From IMG/VR virus record IMGVR_UViG_3300044630_006293, positions 1 to 64,000 of that record: a stretch of DNA of 64,000 nt; one strand, written 5' to 3'. The notes beneath the pieces were generated by a model. The model was not told the origin of the DNA, did no database searches, and saw nothing but the letters and a program-made list of their open reading frames with translations. Below are positions 1-10,683 of the stretch, piece after piece; positions within the stretch are counted from its first letter, which is position 1, and every line of letters starts with the position of its first letter. The position numbers and the translations under genes are program-made.

Positions 1-93
1 CCTACACTTAGGGAAGATTTAAAGAAGCATTTATTAGAATCTGGATACAAAGAAGATTCACCACAATTTTATATTACGAAATCAAATTATTAA
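1..93 (+). CDS. C-terminal fragment of a gene starting before the window (PTLREDLKKHLLESGYKEDSPQFYITKSNY*)
   Basis: Frame 1 is open from base 1 to TAA at 91-93, 8 nt before the next ATG. Function unknown. Confidence 0.55.
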   Translation, partial: PTLREDLKKHLLESGYKEDSPQFYITKSNY

Positions 94-101
94 GGATAGT
101 T

Positions 102-908
102 ATGAAATCAAAACACATTGGAATGGGCGTAGTAATATGCGAAGACGTAATTGATATAGACCAGGACTTTCTTTTTGAATATATTAATTGGCTTCGCATT
201 AACGAAGAGGAAACTTTTACTTATCATGAAGAAGATGGCGAAAAGTACGCAGTAAATAAAACTGGCTTTAAATTTAAACTACAAGATGTTCAGCAAGCCC
301 CACAAAGATTTTTAGATACAAAAGGAAAAAATTTACAAGTAGAAGTTCCTAAAAAATATATTGATTTCATTGATAGCTTAGAAGAAGCTGTTTACCAAGC
401 ATTAGTTGAATACTGTTGCTACTTTCCTGATGCAGCAACAACATCATGGTGGAGACCCACTGGCCATATAGCTGGTTATGAAGATGGTCAAAGAATAGGC
501 TTGCATTGCGATGATCAAGTACCATATGAATGGGGTAAGGAAACCGGTAATCAAATATCAATACATAACAGTTCAAGCATTAATCTTTACCTTAATGATT
601 GTGTTGCTAACGAGGAAGAAATGAATAACTATACTTATTTAGGTGGAGAAATTCATTTTCCTAATGCGCCATATGTTTACAGACCAAAAAGTGGCAGTGT
701 TGCAATATATCCATCTTCCTATATCGGTAGACATGAGGTATATCCAGTAATCAGTGGTCAAAGATATGCATTTTTAAGCATAGCTTGTTATGGCACTTCT
801 TTTGAACAGAAAGAGAAAGTGGGGCAAGAAAATCCACACAAGTTTTGGATGCCAGAGATAATTAACGATGTCAATAAAAAAAGAACAGATAAACAATATA
901 CATTGTAG
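102..908 (+). CDS. 2OG-Fe(II) oxygenase, prolyl-4-hydroxylase-like
   Basis: HxD motif (LHCDD), YLND, GGEIHFP, PKSGSVAIYPSS, distal His (RHEVYPV) and 2OG-binding Arg (GQRY). Confidence 0.88.
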   Translation: MKSKHIGMGVVICEDVIDIDQDFLFEYINWLRINEEETFTYHEEDGEKYAVNKTGFKFKLQDVQQAPQRFLDTKGKNLQVEVPKKYIDFIDSLEEAVYQALVEYCCYFPDAATTSWWRPTGHIAGYEDGQRIGLHCDDQVPYEWGKETGNQISIHNSSSINLYLNDCVANEEEMNNYTYLGGEIHFPNAPYVYRPKSGSVAIYPSSYIGRHEVYPVISGQRYAFLSIACYGTSFEQKEKVGQENPHKFWMPEIINDVNKKRTDKQYTL

Positions 909-973
909 GATCGAGAAATTTGTATGTATAGAGGAAATTCTTCTCAAGAAAATTATCAACTAGAAAACTAACT

Positions 974-1915
974 ATGAATCCTTTTGAAATTTCTTATACT
1001 GAAATATACCCATATATATGTGTGTATAGCAACTTGCTACCTGACGCAAAAGAACTTTCGGATACAATGTTCAGATCGGAAAATGAAAATAAAAGTTCTA
1101 TCTTTACTGAATGGGTTGACTGGTTTGTTTTTGGAAAATATGCTCACTTAAAAAATCAAGAAGAAATAAAAGAATTTTACAATAAAAATATAGTAAATGT
1201 TAAGGACTATAACATTGAGCTTCATATGGCAGAAAGAAATCTTTTACAAAGGATAACGGAATCAAATACTGCTGCTATAACCGAATATATAACTAGAAAC
1301 AAAGTGCTGGTACCTAAGGGTTCATTTATCACTAATCCAAATATTGCAAGATATGATCCATACGTTGACACAGGTGAAAAAAAAACAATGCAGTTTCATA
1401 CAGATTACGGAATTGGAGAATGGTATTGGCCAGGAGAAAAATTCTTATTGACATGTACTACGTATTTAAATGACGACTACGATAATGGGGAAATTGTTTT
1501 TTTAATAAAAAACGATATTATTTCATATAAACCAAAAGCTGGAGATATTATTGTTTTTCCTTCAGGTTCTCCTATTTTTCCAGGAAAAGAACCATACTTT
1601 CATGCTGTGAATATGGTTAAAGAAAACAGTAAACTCCTAATAAGAAATTACCTAAAACATTATGTAGGGCCAACTCAAAAATGGATTGATGGAGAAAAAG
1701 AGTACGGAAAAGATGCTTGGTACGAAATTGCTAAAAAAAGATCAGAAAGTCACAGTATGGCGAGCATTCACTATGCAGGTAGTGGTAATCACGTCTATTT
1801 AAATGATATTGATAAAAATACAAAAATTGATAAACATTGCTCTGGATTAGTTACTAGTCTTTATGGGTTAGATGAAAAAGAATACGTAAAAATAGAAAAA
1901 TTAAATTATGAATAA
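974..1915 (+). CDS. 2OG-Fe(II) oxygenase, prolyl-4-hydroxylase-like
   Basis: [35 protein letters not shown], then LLIR. Confidence 0.88.
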   Translation: MNPFEISYTEIYPYICVYSNLLPDAKELSDTMFRSENENKSSIFTEWVDWFVFGKYAHLKNQEEIKEFYNKNIVNVKDYNIELHMAERNLLQRITESNTAAITEYITRNKVLVPKGSFITNPNIARYDPYVDTGEKKTMQFHTDYGIGEWYWPGEKFLLTCTTYLNDDYDNGEIVFLIKNDIISYKPKAGDIIVFPSGSPIFPGKEPYFHAVNMVKENSKLLIRNYLKHYVGPTQKWIDGEKEYGKDAWYEIAKKRSESHSMASIHYAGSGNHVYLNDIDKNTKIDKHCSGLVTSLYGLDEKEYVKIEKLNYE

Positions 1916-2010
1916 AAATACCCATTGAATAAGTTTCTTAGTAAATTTGCGTTAAATAGATTTTTGTTTTTGTCCCCGAAGGGTAGACTGCAACTAGTAT
2001 ATCAATACTA

Positions 2011-2018
2011 TTACTATA
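2011..2018 (+). promoter_or_regulatory. Candidate late-promoter motif TTACTATA
   Basis: Intergenic, 23 nt before ATG 2042. The same 8-mer lies upstream of 6221 and 60193. Confidence 0.45.
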
Positions 2019-2041
2019 AAATTAAAAGTTAGGAATAATAT

Positions 2042-2426
2042 ATGCTCTATAATGATCTAATATCTTACAATCAACCGGGTGTAATTTATTCTGGAACTTT
2101 AGTTTTAAATATTACACGGAATTAATGCTCCAGTTATTGTATCTAATGTTGATATTTATTTTGGTGGAGATATTGACTACAGTAACTTCACAACAGTTGG
2201 AGTTTTGACAATTGAGTCAGTATCTACTGGGGTCATAACCATGGAGACTGGTCAAGAAACTGGCTATGGCAATTCAACAACATTTGGAACGTTGACATTC
2301 CAGTCAGCATCTACTGGAACAGTAACCATGGAGACTAGCCAGCAACAGGCTGATATATTGATTGAGGCTAGTACTATATATATATCTGGAGCTTCTGCTG
2401 AGGTCACAACTGTATACGTGGTTTAA
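2042..2426 (+). CDS. Small Thr/Gly-rich virion protein, 127 aa, requiring a +1 shift at CGGA 2117
   Basis: AGGA RBS and ATG 2042 give MLYNDLISYNQPGVIYSGTLVLNIT, then CGG AAT TAA. The +1 frame continues GINAPVIVSNVDIYFGG into the track ORF 2205-2426. Confidence 0.65.
2117..2120 (+). other. +1 recoding site (ACA CGGA ATT)
   Basis: The +1-frame stop at 2106 and zero-frame stop at 2123 confine the shift to 2109-2125. Confidence 0.7.
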
Positions 2427-2465
2427 TTTAAAAAACCTTAATTTAAATATTCAACTGGAGATAAA

Positions 2466-3365
2466 ATGTTAAATTCCGTTTTGGTAAACGATACGGTAAG
2501 AATTAAAGTTAAATTTGTTGACATTAATTCTTCAACTGGACAGCAAGTAGAGGTATCTCCTAGCGCAGTTCTTGTTGTAATAAAGAATATTAATGATTCT
2601 ATCATAGTAAATACTACCGCTACTTCCATAACTTCATCTGAGTACTATTATGACTTCACCCCTGCAGACCCTGGTCAGTATGAGGTAACATTTACTGGCG
2701 TTTTAGCAGACTCAACCCAGATAGTAGTTAAGCAAAATCTTTATGTCAGTGACGCAGACAGTGACTACAGGCCCTCGGTAACTCTAAGATCAGAAGAAGT
2801 AATTACTTTTGCCCCAGATGTTGACCCACTTTATATAGATCCAGAGGAAGTTCTGTCATTTTTTCCCGATGCGTCTTTATTGGAAATTGGGGAGCTAGTT
2901 CATCATTATTCGTTAGAAGTTAAAAGTGTATTTAATTTACAGGATATTGACAATGGATCTGAATTAAACTTTACAATTCAAGAATACATTAAAGCAGCAG
3001 CTTGCTGTGAATTGAGCAGAACATACGGTTTTGGTGGAGATGATGAGTTATCCTTGAAGTTGGCAGACCTTTCAATCACAAACAGGTCAAATCCAAGACA
3101 ATCTATAAACAGGGGCAATGCGACAACATGGTGTCAAATCGCAGCTGCTTTAAGAAAAGAAATAATGGCAAAAAGAGTCGGTATGAGAGCTGTTATTCCA
3201 AAAGGTCTGCCCAATAAAAAAATTCATTCAACATACAAAACTCTTGACCCCGATACTGGCAAGTTGATATACCTATCGGATAAAGAGCTTTATGGGCCAG
3301 GAAGAACAACCCCTACGGACCCGGACGACCCCATGCCAACTAGGGGTTTAAGAAAGTATGATTGA
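2466..3365 (+). CDS. Virion protein: N-terminal Ig-like domain plus putative head-tail adaptor
   Basis: Beta-rich N-terminus (YYYDFTPADPGQYEVTFTG), helical C-terminus, position upstream of the neck and tail genes, GGAG RBS. Confidence 0.5.
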   Translation: MLNSVLVNDTVRIKVKFVDINSSTGQQVEVSPSAVLVVIKNINDSIIVNTTATSITSSEYYYDFTPADPGQYEVTFTGVLADSTQIVVKQNLYVSDADSDYRPSVTLRSEEVITFAPDVDPLYIDPEEVLSFFPDASLLEIGELVHHYSLEVKSVFNLQDIDNGSELNFTIQEYIKAAACCELSRTYGFGGDDELSLKLADLSITNRSNPRQSINRGNATTWCQIAAALRKEIMAKRVGMRAVIPKGLPNKKIHSTYKTLDPDTGKLIYLSDKELYGPGRTTPTDPDDPMPTRGLRKYD

Positions 3366-3735
3366 TCCAAAGAGAGCTTTTAATAAAATCCTCAGAGAAT
3401 GGGGTCATGATATTCTTATTCAGAGAAGATTGGATGACAACTTCATTTACTCTGATACATTTGAAAGAGTAACAACAAGACACTTTTTTCCTTCTTCCGA
3501 AACTTTGAGTCAAGTTCAAAGAGAGGACAAAGAAGGAGTCAATACCAATGTAGACTTAATATTTTACTTTGAAGCTTCTGTTTATCCAAAGCAAGGTGAT
3601 AGAATATATGAAGAGTCAGAAATAAATATTAATGATCCAAATATTTATCTAATAGACTTTGCTGCTCCGGTTAAAGGTAGAATGGGAATTACTGTTTACT
3701 GGATAGTCGGAGCCACCAGAGAAAGACCAATGTAA
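3358..3735 (+). CDS. Putative head-closure (stopper) protein
   Basis: 125 aa, beta-rich (GHDILIQRR, LIFYFE, PKQGDRIYE, IYLIDFAAP); position between adaptor and tail genes. Confidence 0.45.
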   Translation: MIDPKRAFNKILREWGHDILIQRRLDDNFIYSDTFERVTTRHFFPSSETLSQVQREDKEGVNTNVDLIFYFEASVYPKQGDRIYEESEININDPNIYLIDFAAPVKGRMGITVYWIVGATRERPM

Positions 3736-5391
3736 TGCTAGTCTTAAGTCCAAATGAAACTCGGAATATTTGAGTTTATCTTTAATGAAGATGGTGTATT
3801 TTACGACCCAACTAGTAACTCGACACCTTCTGATGTATTGATATCAATATATAGAGGAGATCTTGGTTCTGGAGCAACTATTGATGGTCCATATTCTTTT
3901 TTGTTTCAAGCTGCGACTCCGGGTGATACTAAAATAGTTAAGACATCTAATAATGTAGTTTACTTTGGAGACTACGGAGATATTCCTGGATCCAATAACT
4001 CCACGGAGCAAGCTGTTAAATTTTCTTTTCAATATAAAATTCCAGAGAATTTGTTTCCGGGAAACTATTCTGTAGTTGCTACTACTGGTTATGATTCAGA
4101 AGTTATTCAATATGTAGCTCAATTTCAAGTTCCGCAGTCAAGTGCCGCAATAAATACTTTATATGCAGCAGGCGAAAAAGAAATTACTAAATCTTTTGTT
4201 CCAGCATTTCAAACGATGGAGCAGTATAGAACAAACTCTGTTTTACTTATTGGCCATGCAGATGGCGTAGAATTAAATAATATTAACAGAATTTCAAACA
4301 TACAAGAAGCAATAGATTTACTTAAGGCTGATTTTAATTCACCATTGTTAAGAGGCGTATTTGACGCATATGCATCAGGGTGTAGAGATATCTACATATG
4401 TGCTTCAGCACCAATGTCAGAATACGTAGAAGACTTAAACGATAGACTTGTTTCTAAAGGCATCTATGGACTTAATGATGCAACTCCATTGACTATGACA
4501 TTCTATCAAAGGTATTACGATAGATTATCTGAAACTTATTCAATCATTAAAGACTATGATTATTTAGATATAATAGTTCCATTAGAAATAAGTTTTATTA
4601 ATACAGGTGGAATTGATTTCCTGACACAACTTGCTTCATATTGTCAAGAGTTTCACAACAATAGTGGAATGATTCAGATTGGAATAATTGGTTCTAGAAA
4701 TGGTGGAATCACATCTTCAGATATAGATACACTAGAGGCTGATAGTAGATTTATAAATAAATATACAATGTTTGATTCTGAAAACCAAATAATAGGCGAT
4801 ATGGGAAGATTTGTTATTCCAATCTATGGAGAACTAATAATGAACCATAGCTTCTTGACTATATCATATGTCTCAAGCGGTTCTGCAATATACGCAGGAA
4901 TGCTTTCGTCCAATCCAGTTAATCAAAGTCTTATTAGAAAAATTGTACCATCTGCATTTGGTTTAAACGGAATATCATTAAGTCAAGCTCAAGTAAACCG
5001 TTTAGATAGTTTGGGCATTAATACATTTACAAAAAATACAAGAACTAGAAGAGGAAACTCTTATCAGACATACGTAACAAACGACAATACAGTTGCTCAT
5101 TCAACATCTAATTATAGAAAAGCTCCTCAAATAAGACTTGTATCAATGTTAATAAATGAGATTAGAGCATTAACAAATAATACAATTGGAAAATTTGCTC
5201 CACAAAAAGCTTCTTCAGATGTTCAGGAAATGTTACAGTACTTAAAGTCAAATGGAATCATAGCAGATTTTGAATTAGAATCTTATATGGATTCACAGAT
5301 AAGAGGAAAAATGTATTTTGATGTTTCGGTTACTTCTAGCTTAGGTCTAAAAAAAATATCATTTAGCATATCGTCAGGTCAAGGTACTTAG
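3735..5391 (+). CDS. Tail sheath-like protein 1 with N-terminal Ig-like domain; likely start 3735 with a +1 shift at CGGA 3762
   Basis: Sheath-type motifs SPLLRGVFDAYASGCRDIY and IRLVSMLINEIR...YFDVSV. The TAATG-coupled start gives MLVLSPNET, then CGG AAT ATT TGA; the +1 frame reads GIFEFIF. An alternative start at ATG 3754 needs no shift. Confidence 0.7.
3762..3765 (+). other. +1 recoding site (ACT CGGA ATA)
   Basis: Shift window 3748-3773. Weaker than the other sites because ATG 3754 offers an unshifted start. Confidence 0.5.
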
Positions 5392-5392
5392 A

Positions 5393-6145
5393 ATGGCACA
5401 AAACGCATTTGGTTTTCCACTTCCTTCAATTAACGAAGTGTCAATAGACAGGGCTTTTGGTGCCCCTTTACAAGCTGCTGGAAATCTAAGTTATTTAGAA
5501 TTCATATCTATAGTTAAATTGTTGTGGGAAAATTTACATCCAGATATTCCAATAGTTCCAACTCAACCAGCACAATACTCCACTTATCCATGTGTTGTTT
5601 ATGGCCTTGAGTTAAGGAAGGCACATACTACGGAGCCAAAACCAAGAAGTAGAAATGTAGTCGAAAAAGATATAATGGTCTTTGGTCAAAGATTTCAAAA
5701 TGTTGTTTCTTTTACTGTTACCACTAAAATGATGGGTGGGGCATCAAGGTCATCGGACTCTAATACTTTGGCTTCCAGATATGATGGAGCTGATGTTGCA
5801 GATTCGATAGCTGAAATATTTGAAGACTTTATGCTTGAGTATACTCCTGTTTTTAAAAGATTAGGAGCTTCAGAATTTGTATATGCTAGAAGATTAGCTG
5901 ATTCAGAAGAAAATAAAGGAAATACTGATATAGTTAAAAGAACAATTACGTATATGTTAACTACGGAAAAGTTATTAGTTACATCAGTTGCTCAGATAGA
6001 ACAAATAGCTATAGACATTAGAACATATATGGCTTATGAAAAAGAACTAGTTATAGAAAATACTGAAAAATCTACTCCAGACTTTACTGGAACAGAAGTG
6101 AATATTAGAGACTTGTATCAAACAGCTACTCCAGATTTTAATTGA
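5393..6145 (+). CDS. Putative tail terminator/completion protein
   Basis: 250 aa, between the two sheath genes; alpha/beta pattern (YPCVVYGLE, NVVSFTVTT). Confidence 0.45.
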   Translation: MAQNAFGFPLPSINEVSIDRAFGAPLQAAGNLSYLEFISIVKLLWENLHPDIPIVPTQPAQYSTYPCVVYGLELRKAHTTEPKPRSRNVVEKDIMVFGQRFQNVVSFTVTTKMMGGASRSSDSNTLASRYDGADVADSIAEIFEDFMLEYTPVFKRLGASEFVYARRLADSEENKGNTDIVKRTITYMLTTEKLLVTSVAQIEQIAIDIRTYMAYEKELVIENTEKSTPDFTGTEVNIRDLYQTATPDFN

Positions 6146-6167
6146 GGTTGTTTTCATATGTTCTTTG

Positions 6168-6175
6168 TTACTATA
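6168..6175 (+). promoter_or_regulatory. Candidate late-promoter motif TTACTATA
   Basis: Intergenic, upstream of the major sheath gene. Confidence 0.45.
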
Positions 6176-6220
6176 CATTAGGACTAGACCTAAACTCGCT
6201 AATCGGAGGTTTAAAATTCA

Positions 6221-7507
6221 ATGGCTCTACCAGGTGTAAAAACAATAGTAAAAGATCGCTTTTATAGCATCTCAAGACAGGATACTCCTGTCGGCCCAAG
6301 AATATGCGTTATTGGCACACGCACTACAGCTGATGGCACAGGAAATGTTGCCGACCTTGACGTAGTTCAGGTTACCAAGGAATCAGATGTTATTACTGCT
6401 TTTGGTGAAGGTTCACAACTTCACAAAAGTTACAAAGAACTAGTTTCTGCTGGTGCAGATAGAATCTTTATGGTTCCACTACCAAGCAATACGGTTTATA
6501 ATCATACTACTGGCGCTTTAACTTCTGGTGGAATTGATATTTTCGATGACGCTTTTGCAGCAGCAGAGGTATCAATGCCAGACCTAGTTATTCCTTACGG
6601 AAGAGGTGGAACACCTTCAGACTGGCAGTCTCCAGCAACCCCAAGTGATGACGTTGAGTATGGCTTCCATGCTGACAATACGACTGTGGTTGCAAACAAC
6701 TGGGCTTATAAAGTTGCTACTAAAATAAAAGCCATTAGCGAGAATACAAATCCATGTATAGCAGTAATGGGCATTAGACCATACATCGGCACTGGCGCAA
6801 CTCCTGCTACGGCAGAAGTAATGACTCCTGCCAATGTGTCTAGTCACATGAGTCTCACTAACCTTCCATCAAGAGATGCAGTTAGTGGTTCTGAATATGT
6901 TTGGGGCAATATTGGTAGATATGTAATTTTAGTCGCTGCAGAAGTTAAGCCAGTTAACTATTCTTCAGCAAATATTGCAGATTTTGGTTATGCAAATGGA
7001 GCAACTACACTTGCTGCTTCGTTGAGCAGAATGGCTTCTTATATTAGCCCTGTAAATAAAACAGTCTTCAACGTAACTAGACTTCGCTACAACCCAACTA
7101 GAACACAGTTGTCAAATGAAAATTCAACTGGAGCAGTAGACAAGGGCCTTAATGCAATTGTTCTTAACTTTAATAAAGTTCCAGTTTTTGCAGAAGGTGT
7201 AACTTTTGCACCATCGGTATCTGACTACACAAGAATCTCTACTTCAAGAATTATTAATGAAGCATCTCTTGTCGTTCGTCAGGTATGCCAGAAGTTTGTT
7301 GGTGAAGCTTCAACAATGCAGGTTCGCAATTCAATGGAGACGGCAATTACTTCAGGTCTTCGTGGAATGCAGCAACTTGGCGCTCTCTTGGATAGCGACT
7401 TTACAGTTAGCTATATCCCAGCAGAAAACAAGGCACTAGTTGACCTTGTTGTAACACCGGCTTTCGAACTCAAGTCAATTGAGATTTCGATAGCAGTTAA
7501 CCTTTAA
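6221..7507 (+). CDS. Tail sheath protein (major)
   Basis: MALPGVKTIVKD start and a sheath C-terminal signature (RIINEASLVVRQVCQKFVGE...VDLVVTPAFELKSIEISI); GGAGG RBS. Confidence 0.85.
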   Translation: MALPGVKTIVKDRFYSISRQDTPVGPRICVIGTRTTADGTGNVADLDVVQVTKESDVITAFGEGSQLHKSYKELVSAGADRIFMVPLPSNTVYNHTTGALTSGGIDIFDDAFAAAEVSMPDLVIPYGRGGTPSDWQSPATPSDDVEYGFHADNTTVVANNWAYKVATKIKAISENTNPCIAVMGIRPYIGTGATPATAEVMTPANVSSHMSLTNLPSRDAVSGSEYVWGNIGRYVILVAAEVKPVNYSSANIADFGYANGATTLAASLSRMASYISPVNKTVFNVTRLRYNPTRTQLSNENSTGAVDKGLNAIVLNFNKVPVFAEGVTFAPSVSDYTRISTSRIINEASLVVRQVCQKFVGEASTMQVRNSMETAITSGLRGMQQLGALLDSDFTVSYIPAENKALVDLVVTPAFELKSIEISIAVNL

Positions 7508-7530
7508 TAATTAGATAGGAGGGTACACAG

Positions 7531-8220
7531 ATGCCTGGAGGCGAGTACTACGATTCACCGGTTAATAAATACCTTAACACTTACACCACCTTCTCTGGTG
7601 CAGATATAGTTGCTACTTTCGGCGGCAAAGAGATTGGTGCACTTTCGGGTATTACATTCTCAGTCACAAGAGAAAAAGCACCTATTTACACAATGGGTTC
7701 ACCAAACCCAAGATCATTCTCAAGAGGAAAAAGAGGCATTGCTGGCTCTTTAATCTTCACTGTTTTTGATCGCCCAGCTCTATACCAAATGCTTGAAACA
7801 CATCACGGTACTTCTCAGGAAATGAGATACTGGACAAGATCAAGCAACACACTTCCTGGTGATCCAAATCACAGAAGAGGAATTGCAGAGCATGACGATC
7901 AGGCCAGAGATGTTGTCAGCAAAGTTCCATATTACGCAGACCAAATCCCACCATTTGATATCACAGTCACCTTTGTCAACGAATATGGCCAAGGCGCAGT
8001 AAGATCAATCTACGGTGTAGAGCTTTTGAATGAAGGCTCAGGGGCTTCAATGGATGACATCGTCATTGAAGAAACCATGACCTACGTTGCCCGTGAAATC
8101 GGACCAATGTATACCATTTCAAACAGTCAGCTTACAAGATTTGGCGGAAGCCTTTCTGATATAATTTCAAAAGATGCTGTAACTTCCAGCGGTCTTAATT
8201 CTGAAATTATCAGACCTTAA
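7531..8220 (+). CDS. Tail tube protein (major)
   Basis: FSGADIVATF...SVTREKAPIYTMG...RGKRGIAGSLIF...PPFDITVTFVNEYG; follows the sheath gene and has a strong AGGAGG RBS. Confidence 0.8.
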   Translation: MPGGEYYDSPVNKYLNTYTTFSGADIVATFGGKEIGALSGITFSVTREKAPIYTMGSPNPRSFSRGKRGIAGSLIFTVFDRPALYQMLETHHGTSQEMRYWTRSSNTLPGDPNHRRGIAEHDDQARDVVSKVPYYADQIPPFDITVTFVNEYGQGAVRSIYGVELLNEGSGASMDDIVIEETMTYVAREIGPMYTISNSQLTRFGGSLSDIISKDAVTSSGLNSEIIRP

Positions 8221-8243
8221 TATTTAAAAACGTTAATTAAAAG

Positions 8244-8277
8244 CGTGGAGGATGACTTTGTTGTCCTCCACGTTTTT
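8244..8277 (+). terminator. Rho-independent terminator
   Basis: CGTGGAGGATGAC-TTT-GTTGTCCTCCACG stem followed by TTTTT, after the tube gene. Confidence 0.8.
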
Positions 8278-8291
8278 ATTTTAGGAGTAAC

Positions 8292-9020
8292 ATGTATAAA
8301 GACATTGAACAGTTAAAGATACAAAAAAGACAACTTTTAGATTACACTAATCAAGTAGAATCTACCAGGAGAGAAAAAGGTTTACCTGATCCATTCTCCA
8401 ATATGTCTTTTGCTGGAGTCGACATCCAGGCAACAATGGTATTACCAAAAATTGGAGCCAATACATCAAGTGATGATGGAGATTTTATTGAACTTGCAGA
8501 GTTGCAAACAATATCATATTCTATACACAGAGAAAACAGTCCAGTAAGAACCTTGGGTCATGTGAATCCAAGAGGATTTGTAAAAGGATCAAGAACAATA
8601 GCTGGATCTTTGATCTTTACAGTATTCAACGAATATGCTTTCTATAGAATTAAACAGTTCCAAAGAGCTATTGCAGAAAATAATTACTCGCCATTGGCAG
8701 ACATGCTTCCGCCTTTTGATGTTGTGTTAACTTTTTTTAATGAATATGGCTTAGCTGCTAAAATGAAACTATTCGGAATTACTATAGTAGACGAAGGTCA
8801 AACAATGTCTATAGATGACTTAATTACGGAACAGACATATACTTACATGGCAAGAGGAATACAGCCACTAATGCACCTTGATGCAACTGAGTCTAGGAAT
8901 TTGTATTCTGATAATAAAGACGGTAGGGAAAGACAGGCTTATGATCTTCAGGGGTCTACTAATTTTTTTGGTGATAGAATAGAACTATACAAAAATTTTA
9001 TTAACACAAGGATTCAATAA
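8292..9020 (+). CDS. Tail tube paralogue 2
   Basis: SFAGVDIQAT...SIHRENSPVRTLG...GSRTIAGSLIFTVF...LPPFDVVLTFFNEYG aligns by eye with 7531-8220. Confidence 0.75.
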   Translation: MYKDIEQLKIQKRQLLDYTNQVESTRREKGLPDPFSNMSFAGVDIQATMVLPKIGANTSSDDGDFIELAELQTISYSIHRENSPVRTLGHVNPRGFVKGSRTIAGSLIFTVFNEYAFYRIKQFQRAIAENNYSPLADMLPPFDVVLTFFNEYGLAAKMKLFGITIVDEGQTMSIDDLITEQTYTYMARGIQPLMHLDATESRNLYSDNKDGRERQAYDLQGSTNFFGDRIELYKNFINTRIQ

Positions 9021-10069
9021 TGGCAGAAAGATCTACCCAAAGAAACCCATATAGGCCCTTCACTGCCTATATGCCTAATAACTTAAAAACTGGAGATAAA
9101 GACGGAAGAGATTTCTTTGACCCGTTAAATAAAGCCATAGATCTAGAGTGGGGCGGAACAAGAGAAGATCAAAAATTTAATAATTATTATGATTATTTTT
9201 TCTCTGGTGAAGATGTAAAAGTTTATATTGATGGACTGTTTGATGATTCAGATGAAATGGATATTGCAGCTCTAGGATATGTCGTAAAACAAGAGAAGCA
9301 ACCGTTATATGGCTTTTGGTCATATAACTATGATGCAATGATGCTTGGAACTAGACTGATCACTGGTGAGCTATCTATATACTCTAGATATCCTAGAAGA
9401 ATGACTGAGATGCTAGAAAAAGCTGCTAAGGTAAGAACCGAAAGCTCTAGTGCAAATCCTTCTAGATCTGTAATTTCTACTCTTGGGGTCGATGCTGCAA
9501 GAAAAGATGATGAACTAAATATTGAAAAATATTGGCTTAACTCTGAATTAGATAGAATAACTGCAGATCCAATGATGAATACATTGGTCGACATGGCTGA
9601 TCCAAATCACAATATCTTTAGTGCTCATCCACCATTTAACTTAGTAATATTTTATGGAATAGAAGAAAGTGGAATAACAAATTCTTCTATTGTTACTTAT
9701 GATTCTAGCAATGAAATTAATAGACAATTAAATTCAGATAGAATTATGGCAACAGATACCAATGAAAGAAAAACTTTCACCAGTATAAATAGTCCTATGA
9801 GAATTGTTTTACAAAATGTAAACTTAGTTGCCATGTCCACATCATACACAAGTGGAGGTCAGCCATTGGTTGAAAATTACCAATTTATTGCAAGAGACTT
9901 CTATTTTACAAGTGCAAAAATTGGAGACAAGCCCCTCGCCCAGCAGAGAGCAACAGTGCCTAGCAACTCTGAATCAGAGCAAGCTAAATCTAGTGGTAAA
10001 GCTACCACTAAGACTGAAACAATTACGACTGGAACCAAAAGCGCTTCTCGCATTGCTTCTGAGTTATAA
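9020..10069 (+). CDS. Tail tube paralogue 3 (possible tube initiator)
   Basis: FSGEDVKVY...QEKQPLYG...GTRLITGELSI...PPFNLVIFYG, a diverged tube motif set with a S/T/K-rich tail. Confidence 0.6.
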   Translation: MAERSTQRNPYRPFTAYMPNNLKTGDKDGRDFFDPLNKAIDLEWGGTREDQKFNNYYDYFFSGEDVKVYIDGLFDDSDEMDIAALGYVVKQEKQPLYGFWSYNYDAMMLGTRLITGELSIYSRYPRRMTEMLEKAAKVRTESSSANPSRSVISTLGVDAARKDDELNIEKYWLNSELDRITADPMMNTLVDMADPNHNIFSAHPPFNLVIFYGIEESGITNSSIVTYDSSNEINRQLNSDRIMATDTNERKTFTSINSPMRIVLQNVNLVAMSTSYTSGGQPLVENYQFIARDFYFTSAKIGDKPLAQQRATVPSNSESEQAKSSGKATTKTETITTGTKSASRIASEL

Positions 10070-10149
10070 TAAAATATTATTTATTTTGTTTATGTTTTAA
10101 ATTATGATATATTGTATATTGACAAGTCCATGCGCAAAAGGAGTAACTA

Positions 10150-10683
10150 ATGTCAAATGAAAAAAAGGTAGTTATCACTACAGATGAGGCTACGAGAGAT
10201 GAATACGGTTTTGATGATTACAAGATCATGTCTACTGAAGATGCAGATCAAGAGTATGTAGGCGAAAATGTAACAGAAGAATCTAATGACGATAATGCTT
10301 CGATGAAAGTCGAAGACTTAGATGATAATGAAGAGATATGGGAAGGCGGACCCAATGCTGGTCAGATCAAGAATTGGAAAAGCCTTCATGGAGATGTATA
10401 CGTAACTTCAATCACATATGATAAACATATTGTATGGAGAACTCTTACAAGAAATGAATACAAGCAGCTAGTAAAAAAGATGGAGCAGCTTGTTCAAGCT
10501 GGTCAGCTTTCTTCAGCAGAAGCCAACCTTTGGAACGAAGAAGCCATTACCGAAATATGCTTGTTATTCCCAGCCTATGACAGAATGGCTCTCTCAAATG
10601 AAATGGCAGGTTTGCCATCTCTTCTTTCTCAAGAAATCTTAGAAGCATCAGGCTTCGTTGCTCTTGAGGTTCGTCAGTTATAA
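10150..10683 (+). CDS. Tail assembly chaperone 1
   Basis: Acidic protein between tube and tape measure genes; WRTLTRNEYK...LSQEILEASGF. Confidence 0.65.
   Translation: MSNEKKVVITTDEATRDEYGFDDYKIMSTEDADQEYVGENVTEESNDDNASMKVEDLDDNEEIWEGGPNAGQIKNWKSLHGDVYVTSITYDKHIVWRTLTRNEYKQLVKKMEQLVQAGQLSSAEANLWNEEAITEICLLFPAYDRMALSNEMAGLPSLLSQEILEASGFVALEVRQL

Noticed and set aside
906-971. TAG readthrough extending the first oxygenase by about 21 aa
   Set aside because: Single case, with no support from the other TAG-ended genes.
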